Positions 29,012-38,272 of a stretch of DNA of 64,000 bases are shown here, piece after piece. This stretch comes from an uncultured Bacteroidales bacterium. GTDB taxonomy: Bacteria; Bacteroidota; Bacteroidia; Bacteroidales; Bacteroidaceae. The stretch lies in contig CACWIN010000008.1 of the NCBI GenBank assembly GCA_902760965.1, forward strand, positions 9,454 to 73,453, in the 5' to 3' direction. A program made the translations under genes and the position numbers. Under the pieces are notes generated by a model. That model had not been told where the DNA came from, searched no databases, and saw only the letters and a program-made list of their open reading frames with translations. Positions within the stretch are counted from its first letter, which is position 1; every line of letters starts with the position of its first letter.

Positions 29012-30211
29012 ATGAAGAAGTTTTTATTTGTAGCCCTGGTTGCTGTATTTGCAGCATTCACGGCATGTAATGATGATGACAAGGAGGCACAGAAGTACCA
29101 GGTGACAGTAAAAATCACTTGTGACGAGGCTGAACTTTCATCAATGAGTTCAATTAAAGCCACTGCCGTTAGCGAATCAGGCTCAGTAACAACTGTTGAT
29201 GCACAGAATGGCGTTGCAATCCTGAAACTTGTAGCCGGCTCATACACAATTTCTGTTGTAGGAGATGCTGGCGCTTACAACTATGTAGGCTCCACCAGAT
29301 GCGTTGTTGCAGAGGCCGATGTTCCTAACCTGAAAGTATCTCTTATCAAATCAAAGCCTACTGGTAAGATTATCTTCAAAGAGGTATATTCAACAGGTGT
29401 AAAGAGTTTCTATTGGACTGACGGTTTCTATGAACTGTTTAACAACAGTGATGAGGTACAGTATCTTGACGGTATCATTATGGGTATTGTTCAGTGCGGT
29501 TACGGTGATGTCAGCAGTTGGGCTGATGATGAGGGCAATCTTCCTGACTACTATCCTATGGGTAACCATACCGTATTTTTCCCTGGTAGTGGAAACGAAT
29601 ATCCCGTTCAGCCCGGACAGAGCGTAGTTGTTGCAACCCGTGCCATAAACCATTCTGCACGTGAACTTGGAGAGAACGATTCTGTTTCTCCAGTGGATTT
29701 GAGTGCTGCAGATTGGGAAATATTCATCCCGACATCTGCTCAGGATACCGATAACCCGGATGTTCCTAACCTTGAGGTTGCTTATTCACAGTTCGGATTT
29801 GACTTTATGCCTGCTGTAAGCGGACAGGCTCTCATTCTTGCCAAACTTCCTGCTGATTCAACCATGGAAAGTTTTGTTGCAAATAATGCTCTGAAGCCCG
29901 AAGGTCAATACCGTGCAGCACTTTGCATTCCTTCAGAGTATGTAATTGACGCTGTTGACATTGTTTACTTCAATGAGGATCTTAAGAAGAGTAAGACAAT
30001 TCTTGATTTGGATGATTCAGGCTATACATACTATAGCGGTTCAGATGACGAGTGGACTGATCCTATGTATTGCGGTAAGAGCCTTCGCAGAAAGTGCGTA
30101 GGAGTCAGCAACGGCCGTGCATATTTCAAGGATACAAACAATTCATCTGATGACTTTATCCTTGGCGGACAGAAACCTGTTGTACGCAGAACATTTACAT
30201 CAGCTGATTAA
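29012..30211 (+). CDS. surface lipoprotein, DUF4876-like (Ig-like N-domain + lamin-tail-like domain)
   Basis: 399 aa with lipobox AAFTAC. The block IIFKEVYSTG...YELFNNSDEVQYLDG resembles the LTD-like core of DUF4876 proteins, which usually follow TonB receptors. This is recalled from memory and not verified. Confidence 0.45.
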   Translation: MKKFLFVALVAVFAAFTACNDDDKEAQKYQVTVKITCDEAELSSMSSIKATAVSESGSVTTVDAQNGVAILKLVAGSYTISVVGDAGAYNYVGSTRCVVAEADVPNLKVSLIKSKPTGKIIFKEVYSTGVKSFYWTDGFYELFNNSDEVQYLDGIIMGIVQCGYGDVSSWADDEGNLPDYYPMGNHTVFFPGSGNEYPVQPGQSVVVATRAINHSARELGENDSVSPVDLSAADWEIFIPTSAQDTDNPDVPNLEVAYSQFGFDFMPAVSGQALILAKLPADSTMESFVANNALKPEGQYRAALCIPSEYVIDAVDIVYFNEDLKKSKTILDLDDSGYTYYSGSDDEWTDPMYCGKSLRRKCVGVSNGRAYFKDTNNSSDDFILGGQKPVVRRTFTSAD

Positions 30212-30224
30212 TTGACTTATTATG

Positions 30225-30263
30225 CCGCAGAGCAGGAGTCTGCTCCTGCCCTGCGGTTTTATT
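30225..30263 (+). terminator. strong hairpin + T-tract inside the locus (terminator/attenuator)
   Basis: CCGCAG-A-GCAGGAG-TCTG-CTCCTGC-C-CTGCGG followed by TTTTATT, 14 nt after the stop of the DUF4876-like gene. Confidence 0.7.
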
Positions 30264-30299
30264 ACTTTTTTATTAAGGATATATTATTTGTATTAAGAT

Positions 30300-31904
30300 A
30301 TGAAAAAGCTTTCTACCGGATTATCACTGTTTGTAGTTGCATTAACTATGGCTACATTAACTCAAAAAGTTTCTGCCCAGGCAGAACGGAAGGTTGATCC
30401 TTGGTATCAGGATGGGCTTTTCATACATAATATCACATACGGTTCCATTAATCCCGCCAACATTGTCAACATCCCCTATTCCGGGCTTAATGACATTGTT
30501 GTATCATATTCAGGACAAAATGGAAAATACAGAGCATTTGACGATGGCGTGAAAACACGTTTGTTTGATGCCAATGTATTTGGTATCAGGAAATTTGAGA
30601 AACTCTCATTCAAGGGTAATATCAACTACTCCAATCACTATTCTGAGGACATGAGGTGGAATGCCACCGTTTTGACGTCAGAATTGAATCCGTTCCTTTT
30701 GGCTGACACTCTCAGGTATGATACCCTGACAAATGATGCAAGAACAGAATCATTTGTCATTGACGGTTCAGTTGCATATGACTTGAGCAACCGTCTGACA
30801 GTCGGAGTTTCAGCAAAATACACCGTTGCACATAAAGCCGACCAATCAGATCCCCGCATGAAGGCAAATGCAGCCAGAACAGCAATCATGCCCGGTATCA
30901 ATTGGAATGTGAACGGTACAATCACACTCGGCTTAGCCGGAATCGTTGAAATTTATCATGAAAATGATAAATCATCGGTTGAGGATAACATGATAGGCGA
31001 ACATAATAAGGTATATATATATAAAGGCCTTGGAGGCTATGAGGGCAAAGACGGTCTTGGCTATAACCGCAGGTATGACGGTCTGAAATTCGGAGGGTCT
31101 CTTAATTTTAATTTCTCTACCAACGGTTCATTTAAAAACTTTACTGAGTTCAAATTCGTTTCCAATTCTGAGAATGCTACAGACGGCGGAGATTCTTACA
31201 GTTACAAAGGCGGAGATTTCTCACAAACCACAATGGCTCTTAACAGCCGATTCGTGCTGGCCAGACCAAAAATTCAGCATAATCTTATAATTGAAGCCAG
31301 CATGGATAATTGTAAGGGGGAATGGTCCGTTCAAAAACAAGAGAGAGACGAATGGAAAATGATCAGGTATAATGTCACTTCAACTGAAACGATACATAAG
31401 GAGAATGACATGACTGCCGCACTGACATATAATGCAACATTCTTAAAGTCAGGCACGCCACACTTGTCTGTTTCAGCAACCGCAGCGTATAAGCAGGTTA
31501 GCGTAAAGCAGTTTCCTGATGAGAATCATGCAAAATATACCAAACTGAATGCCGGACTGGTCATCAATAAGAAATGGACTGCAAATAAGATGCGTTTCCT
31601 TACTGAAGTAAGTGGTGGAATGAATCATGCCCTTAAGCCTCTTGATATTTCAGTTTTAACAAATGAAGCGCCTTTAGAAAGATTTTATAAGGGATACTAT
31701 CTCCCCAAATACACATATCTTTCAGCCGAAGACTATTACGCATCCATACAGTTGGGAGCATCATATCCGCTTGCTCTTTTTTCAAGCAACGGATGGCTTA
31801 ATCTGACAGTTGATGCCTCTATCAGAAAGTATTCAGATAAAAGCCCAATTTTTAAGGATACTGACAAAAAGAATATAGGCCTGAAATTGAATTATACATT
31901 TTAA
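30300..31904 (+). CDS. outer-membrane beta-barrel protein (DUF6850-like)
   Basis: 534 aa with signal peptide ...TQKVSAQ and alternating strands. The C-terminus LKLNYTF ends in Phe, as in an OMP beta-signal. Confidence 0.55.
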   Translation: MKKLSTGLSLFVVALTMATLTQKVSAQAERKVDPWYQDGLFIHNITYGSINPANIVNIPYSGLNDIVVSYSGQNGKYRAFDDGVKTRLFDANVFGIRKFEKLSFKGNINYSNHYSEDMRWNATVLTSELNPFLLADTLRYDTLTNDARTESFVIDGSVAYDLSNRLTVGVSAKYTVAHKADQSDPRMKANAARTAIMPGINWNVNGTITLGLAGIVEIYHENDKSSVEDNMIGEHNKVYIYKGLGGYEGKDGLGYNRRYDGLKFGGSLNFNFSTNGSFKNFTEFKFVSNSENATDGGDSYSYKGGDFSQTTMALNSRFVLARPKIQHNLIIEASMDNCKGEWSVQKQERDEWKMIRYNVTSTETIHKENDMTAALTYNATFLKSGTPHLSVSATAAYKQVSVKQFPDENHAKYTKLNAGLVINKKWTANKMRFLTEVSGGMNHALKPLDISVLTNEAPLERFYKGYYLPKYTYLSAEDYYASIQLGASYPLALFSSNGWLNLTVDASIRKYSDKSPIFKDTDKKNIGLKLNYTF

Positions 31905-31907
31905 AAC

Positions 31908-34067
31908 GTGATAAAGAAATGCATTCTGTTACTTGCCGGCATATTATTTATCATTTCATGTCGGGAAAGCACAAGTGGTTTTGCAGTTATAATTGACCCC
32001 GAAAGTTACAATGAGGCTAAAGATGAAATAGAGGGGTATTTGACTACTGTTCAGAACCGCGGTCTCCACCCTATTCTGGTTATTGACCGTTGGGGAGTAC
32101 CTGACAGCATAAGAGCAGAACTCATCAGGCTATACAATGCCAAGGACTATCCTATTGAAGGCTGTGTATTCATAGGTGACATACCTATTGCACGCACACG
32201 TGACGCACAGCATTTTACCACTGCATTCAAGATGGACCAGGACGGTCAGTTTGACCGCACGGAGTTTACGGTTGCATCAGACCGTTTCTATGACTCATTT
32301 GAACTGCAGTGGGATTTTCTGGACCGTGATTCAGTGCGCCCGGAGTATTTCTATTATCATTTACGTTCAGACTGTCCCCAAAGGCTCAGGCCCACTATTT
32401 ATTCTGCACGCATAATGCCCAGAACCAATGATCTGGGTAACAAATATGACAAACTGCGCCGTTATATGCAGCGCGTAAACAAAGCCGATGAACAGAATAA
32501 TCCGTTAGACAGGATGTTCTACTTTAGCGGCTACGGATATGTATCAGAATCTGTTGATGCACGCATTGATGAGAAAGCGGAGCATTATGATCATTTCCCG
32601 TGGATGAAGGGGCAACAGACAACAATAACATACCTTGATTACAAGCGTGAACCGTTCGTAAAGAAGCGTTTCATGACAGAGTTGCAGATGCCTGAATATG
32701 ACTGGGCTGTGCCACATCATCACGGCAGCCCTGACATTGAGCACCTGAGTGATATGCCCGTAGGATCAGATTATTATGAGGCTATTGATTGGATTAAGGA
32801 GTATATCCTTTCACAGGTAGCTAAAGGCAAAGCCAAGGGGCGCAGTATGGATGTCATTAAAAAGGCCATAAACGATGCATACGAATGCACATTCCCTGAC
32901 GAATGGTTCAAGGGTGAGCCTACATATAATTTTGAAAAGGAACGCAACCTTTATTATTCTGATTTCAAGGATTTCCATCCGCAGGTGCGCATGGTCACAC
33001 TGGACGGATGTTACAACGGATCATTCCACCAGGATGAAAGCATACAGGAGGGTTATCTCTTTGGCGAAGGCAACGGAACCCTGGTTGTAATGGGAAATAC
33101 CGTCAATGTGTTGCAGAATAAGTGGGTATGTCACTTTATGGGTATTGTTGGCTTGGGCGCCCGTGTAGGCAACATGGCCAAATATGGCGCATATCTTGAA
33201 GCACACCTGTTTGGTGATCCCACATTCGCATTCACACCCGGCGCCGACTGCGGTTTTGACATCAACCAGGCACTGCTCAACAACGATCCTGCTTTCTGGA
33301 AAAAACAACTTGACAGTGAGTTTACCGCCCTGCAGATTATGGCCATGGACAAACTGGCCGATAGTGAAGGCAACTATTCTGACCTTATTTTCAACAAGTT
33401 CTGCACTTCAAAATCAGGAATTGTACGCCAGGCTGCACTTGAGGAACTCAAAAAGTATCGTGATGACAATTACGTGAACGCAATTATTCTGGCACTGAAT
33501 GATTCACATGAAATGACACAACGTTTTGCTGTAATCCAGGCTGGAGACTGTGGTGACAGCCGTGTCATTGAGCCCCTGGTTAAACTGTATTGCGCAAACA
33601 CCTTGCCTGAACGCGTAGAATATTCCATATCAGGAAGCATTGAGATACTTGACTCAACACTTGTAATGAAGGCTTTTGATGAGTATTTCCCTACTCTTAC
33701 ATTCTACAATAATGCAGACAGTGTGTATAAGGCTAAACGCAAGGCTCTTAACCGCATATGCACCCGTAGGGTCAGAAACGTGGAAAATACCATATTCAAT
33801 CCAGAAGAGGATGCGTATGACCGCAAAATGACTCTGCGTACCACCCGCAATTACAATTACCACATATTGGTACCTAAGGAATTGGAATATTTGAGCAATC
33901 CTGATGATGTTACCCTGCAGACCATAATGTGGGAGGCATTGGGATGGTATGTAACATCATATCAGGCACCTGCCATTGCAGAACTTGCATTAAAGGTCGC
34001 CAATGATGAACGCTTTGACAGTAAGGTACGCGATGAAGCTTTGAAAACATATAACAGAGTAAAATAA
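31908..34067 (+). CDS. paralog 1 of 4: lipoprotein with gingipain/C25-like (clan CD) His-Cys domain and C-terminal HEAT-like repeats
   Basis: 719 aa with a GTG start 3 nt after the upstream stop and lipobox LFIISC. The N-terminal block AVIIDPESYNEAKDEIEGYL...IEGCVFIGDIPIA resembles the C25 N-terminal subdomain. The HHHG His is at codons 270-272, and the Cys of LDGCYNGSF is codon 368 (33009-33011). The C-terminal VRQAALEEL...HEMTQRFAV repeats are HEAT-like. Confidence 0.55.
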   Translation: MIKKCILLLAGILFIISCRESTSGFAVIIDPESYNEAKDEIEGYLTTVQNRGLHPILVIDRWGVPDSIRAELIRLYNAKDYPIEGCVFIGDIPIARTRDAQHFTTAFKMDQDGQFDRTEFTVASDRFYDSFELQWDFLDRDSVRPEYFYYHLRSDCPQRLRPTIYSARIMPRTNDLGNKYDKLRRYMQRVNKADEQNNPLDRMFYFSGYGYVSESVDARIDEKAEHYDHFPWMKGQQTTITYLDYKREPFVKKRFMTELQMPEYDWAVPHHHGSPDIEHLSDMPVGSDYYEAIDWIKEYILSQVAKGKAKGRSMDVIKKAINDAYECTFPDEWFKGEPTYNFEKERNLYYSDFKDFHPQVRMVTLDGCYNGSFHQDESIQEGYLFGEGNGTLVVMGNTVNVLQNKWVCHFMGIVGLGARVGNMAKYGAYLEAHLFGDPTFAFTPGADCGFDINQALLNNDPAFWKKQLDSEFTALQIMAMDKLADSEGNYSDLIFNKFCTSKSGIVRQAALEELKKYRDDNYVNAIILALNDSHEMTQRFAVIQAGDCGDSRVIEPLVKLYCANTLPERVEYSISGSIEILDSTLVMKAFDEYFPTLTFYNNADSVYKAKRKALNRICTRRVRNVENTIFNPEEDAYDRKMTLRTTRNYNYHILVPKELEYLSNPDDVTLQTIMWEALGWYVTSYQAPAIAELALKVANDERFDSKVRDEALKTYNRVK

Positions 34068-34084
34068 CAAAAACAATACGGAAA

Positions 34085-36076
34085 ATGAAAAAATGTGCAT
34101 TGATACTGACAATAGTAGCAGGAATCATGTTTTCGGCATGCACTCACAAGGTGCAATCAGGTTTAGCAGTAGTAATTGATCCAAAAAGTTACAATGAAGC
34201 CAAGGCTGAAATTGACCGCTATCTTGAAGTTGTTGAAAGCCGCGGTCTATACCCCATCCTTGTTATTGACCGCTGGGGTATCCCTGACAGCATACGTGAA
34301 GAACTTATAAGGCTTCACAACGACAAGGATCATCCGATTGAAGGTTGTGTCCTTATTGGAGACATACCGGTTCCGATGGTTCGTGACGCACAGCATATGG
34401 CAAGCGCATTCAAGATGGATCAGGACCGTTTTCCAAGGATTGAGTCACATATCCCGTCAGACCGTTTCTATGACTGCTTTGACCTTAAGTTTGACTATAT
34501 AGATCAGGATTCTTCACGCTGGTATTACTACAGTCTGCGTGCCGATTGTGCACAGAGACTTGCCCCAACCATATATTCAGCCCGTATTACACCGCGTGAC
34601 AATGAGCGTGGAGAACGTTATGAGAAACTGCGCCGTTACATGCAACGCGTGAATGAGGCTGACAGCAAGCAGAACAAACTGGACCGTGTATTGATGTTCG
34701 GCGGTGACGGAAACCTGTCCGGATCATTTGCAGCCCGCACGGATGCCAAAATGGAGTTTTACGAGCAGTTCCCATGGATGAGAGATCAGCAACTCTCTGT
34801 TGTTTATGTTGATTATACTCGTGACAAATTCATCAAAACACGTCTCACGGATGAACTTCAGGATCCGCGTACGGACTATGCCCTGCTCTCACATCATGGA
34901 GACCCCACTATTCAGTATCTGAGCGGCACAAGAGACCCGCGTGACATATTGCAGACATTTGAATTCAGTCATTATCATCCACAAACTCCCCTGGTCTCAC
35001 TTGACGCCTGCTACAACGGCTCTTTCCACCTGGATGACAACATTCAGGAGTCTTATCTGTTCGGTGAGGGTAACGGTACTCTGCTTGTACTTGCAAACAG
35101 TGTCAATGCCATTCAAGACAAATGGGTGAACCGCTATACAGGTCTTTTGGGATTGGGCATGCGTGCAGGATTCCTCTCCAAACTGGGTACATTCATGGAA
35201 TTTCACCTGTTTGGTGACCCCACCTACGCATTTGTCAAGTCTGCAGACTGCGGTTTTGATGTAAATGATGCCATTAATTATGCTCCTGACACATTCTGGT
35301 CAAAACAATTGAACAACCAGTATCCGGCCATACAAGGGTTGGCTACACACATGCTTGCATTGAACGGGCAACAATGGTCTGATGCAATATATCAGAAATT
35401 CATCACATCAGAGAGCAGCATTGTACGTCTGTCTTGCCTTATGGAGCTGGCTCCGTTCAGAGATGAGAACTTCATTAAGTGCGTAATTGCCTCATTGAAT
35501 GATGAGCATGAAATGACACAGCGCTTTGCTGTACTCTATGCAGGTAAAAGCGGTCATCCAGCCTTTGTAGAACCTATTTCACAGTTGCGTTGTGACAACA
35601 ACCTGAGTGAAAGGGTTGATTTTGACCTGGATAATGTGTTACGCAGTTTTGACTCCACGGCCGTTTACAATGCGGTTAATGCTTATCTGACAAAAGTCAA
35701 CTACCATGCAAATCCTGACAGTGTAATTAAGGCTATAAACGCAAACCTTGAGTATTATGCCGGACATCAGGCTTTTGACATTACAAAAGCTCTCAACAGC
35801 ACAAAAGCAAGCCAAAACAGTAAAATGAATGCTATCCACAGCATGCGTAACAATCCGCCTCACTACTACACTGATGCAATTCTGGAGTATCTGGGATCAT
35901 ATGCACCTGCTGAGGATTCTGTTATACAGCGTGCCACATGGGAAGCCATTGGTTGGTTCGATATGTCATACCGTGCACCGGATATTGCAGCACTTGCACT
36001 GAAGGTGTCACAAGACGGCAAATACCCTGTAACAGTTCGTAAAGAAGCACTTAAAACATATAATCGCACAAAATGA
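34085..36076 (+). CDS. paralog 2 of 4 (shortest; lacks the helical insert between His and Cys)
   Basis: 663 aa with lipobox IMFSAC. It has the same conserved blocks (SHHG ... LDACYNGSFH ... HLFGDPTYAF ... HEMTQRFAV). Only about 40 aa separate the His and Cys motifs. Confidence 0.55.
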   Translation: MKKCALILTIVAGIMFSACTHKVQSGLAVVIDPKSYNEAKAEIDRYLEVVESRGLYPILVIDRWGIPDSIREELIRLHNDKDHPIEGCVLIGDIPVPMVRDAQHMASAFKMDQDRFPRIESHIPSDRFYDCFDLKFDYIDQDSSRWYYYSLRADCAQRLAPTIYSARITPRDNERGERYEKLRRYMQRVNEADSKQNKLDRVLMFGGDGNLSGSFAARTDAKMEFYEQFPWMRDQQLSVVYVDYTRDKFIKTRLTDELQDPRTDYALLSHHGDPTIQYLSGTRDPRDILQTFEFSHYHPQTPLVSLDACYNGSFHLDDNIQESYLFGEGNGTLLVLANSVNAIQDKWVNRYTGLLGLGMRAGFLSKLGTFMEFHLFGDPTYAFVKSADCGFDVNDAINYAPDTFWSKQLNNQYPAIQGLATHMLALNGQQWSDAIYQKFITSESSIVRLSCLMELAPFRDENFIKCVIASLNDEHEMTQRFAVLYAGKSGHPAFVEPISQLRCDNNLSERVDFDLDNVLRSFDSTAVYNAVNAYLTKVNYHANPDSVIKAINANLEYYAGHQAFDITKALNSTKASQNSKMNAIHSMRNNPPHYYTDAILEYLGSYAPAEDSVIQRATWEAIGWFDMSYRAPDIAALALKVSQDGKYPVTVRKEALKTYNRTK

Positions 36077-38268
36077 TTTCATTAAAGAATTACATATTTG
36101 TCATTATTGCTTCAGTTTGTTTGTTTTCATGTTCCAATGCAAAAAGAGACGGTTTTGCAGTAGTTATTGACAAACAAAGTTACTCTGAGGCAAAAACTGA
36201 GATAGACGGCTATCTCAAGACAGTTGAGAAACGAGGACTCCACCCAATCCTTGTGATAGACCGCTGGGGTATTCCTGACAGCATACGCGCCGAACTGATA
36301 AGGCTATACAATGCAAAATCCAATCCTATAGAAGGATGTGTGTTCATTGGTGACATCCCAGTTGCCAAGGTACGTGACGCACAGTTCCTTACCAGCGCAT
36401 TCAAGATGGACCAGGGTGGCCGTAACGCAATGGCAGACTATTGCGTATCTACAGACCGTTTTTATGATTCATTTGACCTGGAGTGGGATTTCATTCAGCA
36501 GGATCCTGACCGGAAGGAATACTTTTATTATTCCCTGCGCAATGACTGCGCCCAGAAACTGCGTCCCACCATTTACAGCGCACGCATATTCCCGCGTACC
36601 AACGCCCGTGGCGACAAGTATGAAAAACTGCGTCGCTACATGCAGCGTGTAAACCAGGCCGATGCCAACAACAACCCCATTGACAACGTACTCTCATTTG
36701 GAGGTCACGGCAATGTATCGGACTCATGGGAGGCCCGTATGGACGAAAAGATTGAGATGTATGACCAGATGCCCTGGATGCGCCGTCAGCAGAAAGGCAT
36801 AATGTACATTGATTTCCGTCATGATGATTTCATAAAGGAGCGTCTTACCACCCAGCTGCAGATTCCTGAGCTGGATTATGCAGTTCTGCACCATCATGGC
36901 AGCGAGGAGGAGCAGCTGCTGTCAGGCTACCCCGTAACTTCATCCCTGCCCGTTGATATGGATAACGCCCGCCGTTATGCTCACTCACAGACACGCTCAT
37001 ACCTTAATCGCGGACGCACATTGGCCGAGGCTAAAAAGAGCATTGAGACATACTTGCGTTCACCCATCCCCGATGAATGGGTAAAAGAGGCCAACAACCC
37101 TGATGTGATTGCTGCCGATGAGGCTTACTCATATGCACAGGACCTGCATGTAGCCGAATTCAGCAACTTTCACCCTCAGGTCCGTATGGTATCGCTCGAT
37201 GCATGCTACAACGGCTCATTCCATGTAGACGAGAGCATCCAGGAGGCATATCTGTTTGGTCAGGGCAACGGTACCCTGATTGCCATAGCCAATACCGTTA
37301 ACTCAATTCAGGACCGCTGGATAAATCGTTATCTGGGTATGTTGGGTATGGGTTTGAGAGTGGGTTACGTTGCCGTGTTCAACAATACTCTTGAGAACCA
37401 TGTATTTGGTGATCCCACATTTGCTTTCACTCCTGCCGCAGATCCCGGTTTTGACGTTAACGAGGCCGTTAAGGACCATTCATCAAAATTCTGGAAAAAA
37501 CAGCTTGACAACCCCTATCCTGCCGTTCAGGTCCTGGCCTGCTATATGCTTGGCCAGAAATGTGACGGTAACTGGAACAGCCTGCTGCTTGACAAGTTCA
37601 AGACATCTCCATACGGCATGGTACGTCTGGCCGCACTGCTTGAGCTTGGCGAGAACCGCAGTGACGAGCTTGTTGAATGCATAAAACTTGGTATTAATGA
37701 CGGCAACGAGATGACTCAGCGCTTTGCTGTACTTCTGGCCGGAGACTGCGGTGACAAATCACTTGCCGAGACTCTGGTAAGACTCTATTGCGAGAACACA
37801 CAGCCGGACAGAGTCCGTTTTGACCTTACCAGCACTACCTTCAGATCATTTGATTCGGTATCGGTTGTATCAGCATTTGAAAGAGTGTTCCCCGAGTATA
37901 CATTCTACAACAACCCCGACAGTGTAGGAAACGTAATACGCCGTAATCTGATAAGCACTACCACATCAATGACCAGTGACTTTGACGAGGAGGTACTGTC
38001 AGACAAATATTCCGAAAAGAACCGCATATCAAACATACGCTCCATGCGCAACTACCCCGTTCACGAACTGGTTCCGGTAATGCTTAAGTATCTGTCCGAA
38101 CCTAAAGAACCGGCTATCCAGGAGGCAATGTGGGAGGCATTGGGTTGGTTTGAACTCTCATATCAGGCTCCGCTCATTGCAGCCAAAGCAAAGGACGTTA
38201 TGGATGACGAGCGTTATGACAAGGCGGTTCGCTACCAGGCACAAAGAGCATATAACAGACTTAAATGA
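36073..38268 (+). CDS. paralog 3 of 4
   Basis: 731 aa. Its start overlaps the paralog 2 stop (ATGA). Lipobox CLFSC, with HHHG ... LDACYNGSFH ... HVFGDPTFAF ... NEMTQRFAV. Confidence 0.55.
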   Translation: MISLKNYIFVIIASVCLFSCSNAKRDGFAVVIDKQSYSEAKTEIDGYLKTVEKRGLHPILVIDRWGIPDSIRAELIRLYNAKSNPIEGCVFIGDIPVAKVRDAQFLTSAFKMDQGGRNAMADYCVSTDRFYDSFDLEWDFIQQDPDRKEYFYYSLRNDCAQKLRPTIYSARIFPRTNARGDKYEKLRRYMQRVNQADANNNPIDNVLSFGGHGNVSDSWEARMDEKIEMYDQMPWMRRQQKGIMYIDFRHDDFIKERLTTQLQIPELDYAVLHHHGSEEEQLLSGYPVTSSLPVDMDNARRYAHSQTRSYLNRGRTLAEAKKSIETYLRSPIPDEWVKEANNPDVIAADEAYSYAQDLHVAEFSNFHPQVRMVSLDACYNGSFHVDESIQEAYLFGQGNGTLIAIANTVNSIQDRWINRYLGMLGMGLRVGYVAVFNNTLENHVFGDPTFAFTPAADPGFDVNEAVKDHSSKFWKKQLDNPYPAVQVLACYMLGQKCDGNWNSLLLDKFKTSPYGMVRLAALLELGENRSDELVECIKLGINDGNEMTQRFAVLLAGDCGDKSLAETLVRLYCENTQPDRVRFDLTSTTFRSFDSVSVVSAFERVFPEYTFYNNPDSVGNVIRRNLISTTTSMTSDFDEEVLSDKYSEKNRISNIRSMRNYPVHELVPVMLKYLSEPKEPAIQEAMWEALGWFELSYQAPLIAAKAKDVMDDERYDKAVRYQAQRAYNRLK

Positions 38269-38272
38269 CAAT

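Noticed and set aside
38150-38272. Upstream start of paralog 4 overlapping paralog 3 by 119 nt
   Set aside because: The extra 41 residues lack a signal peptide and overlap the conserved C-terminus of paralog 3 in another frame. The lipoprotein signal starts at 38273, matching the other three paralogs.
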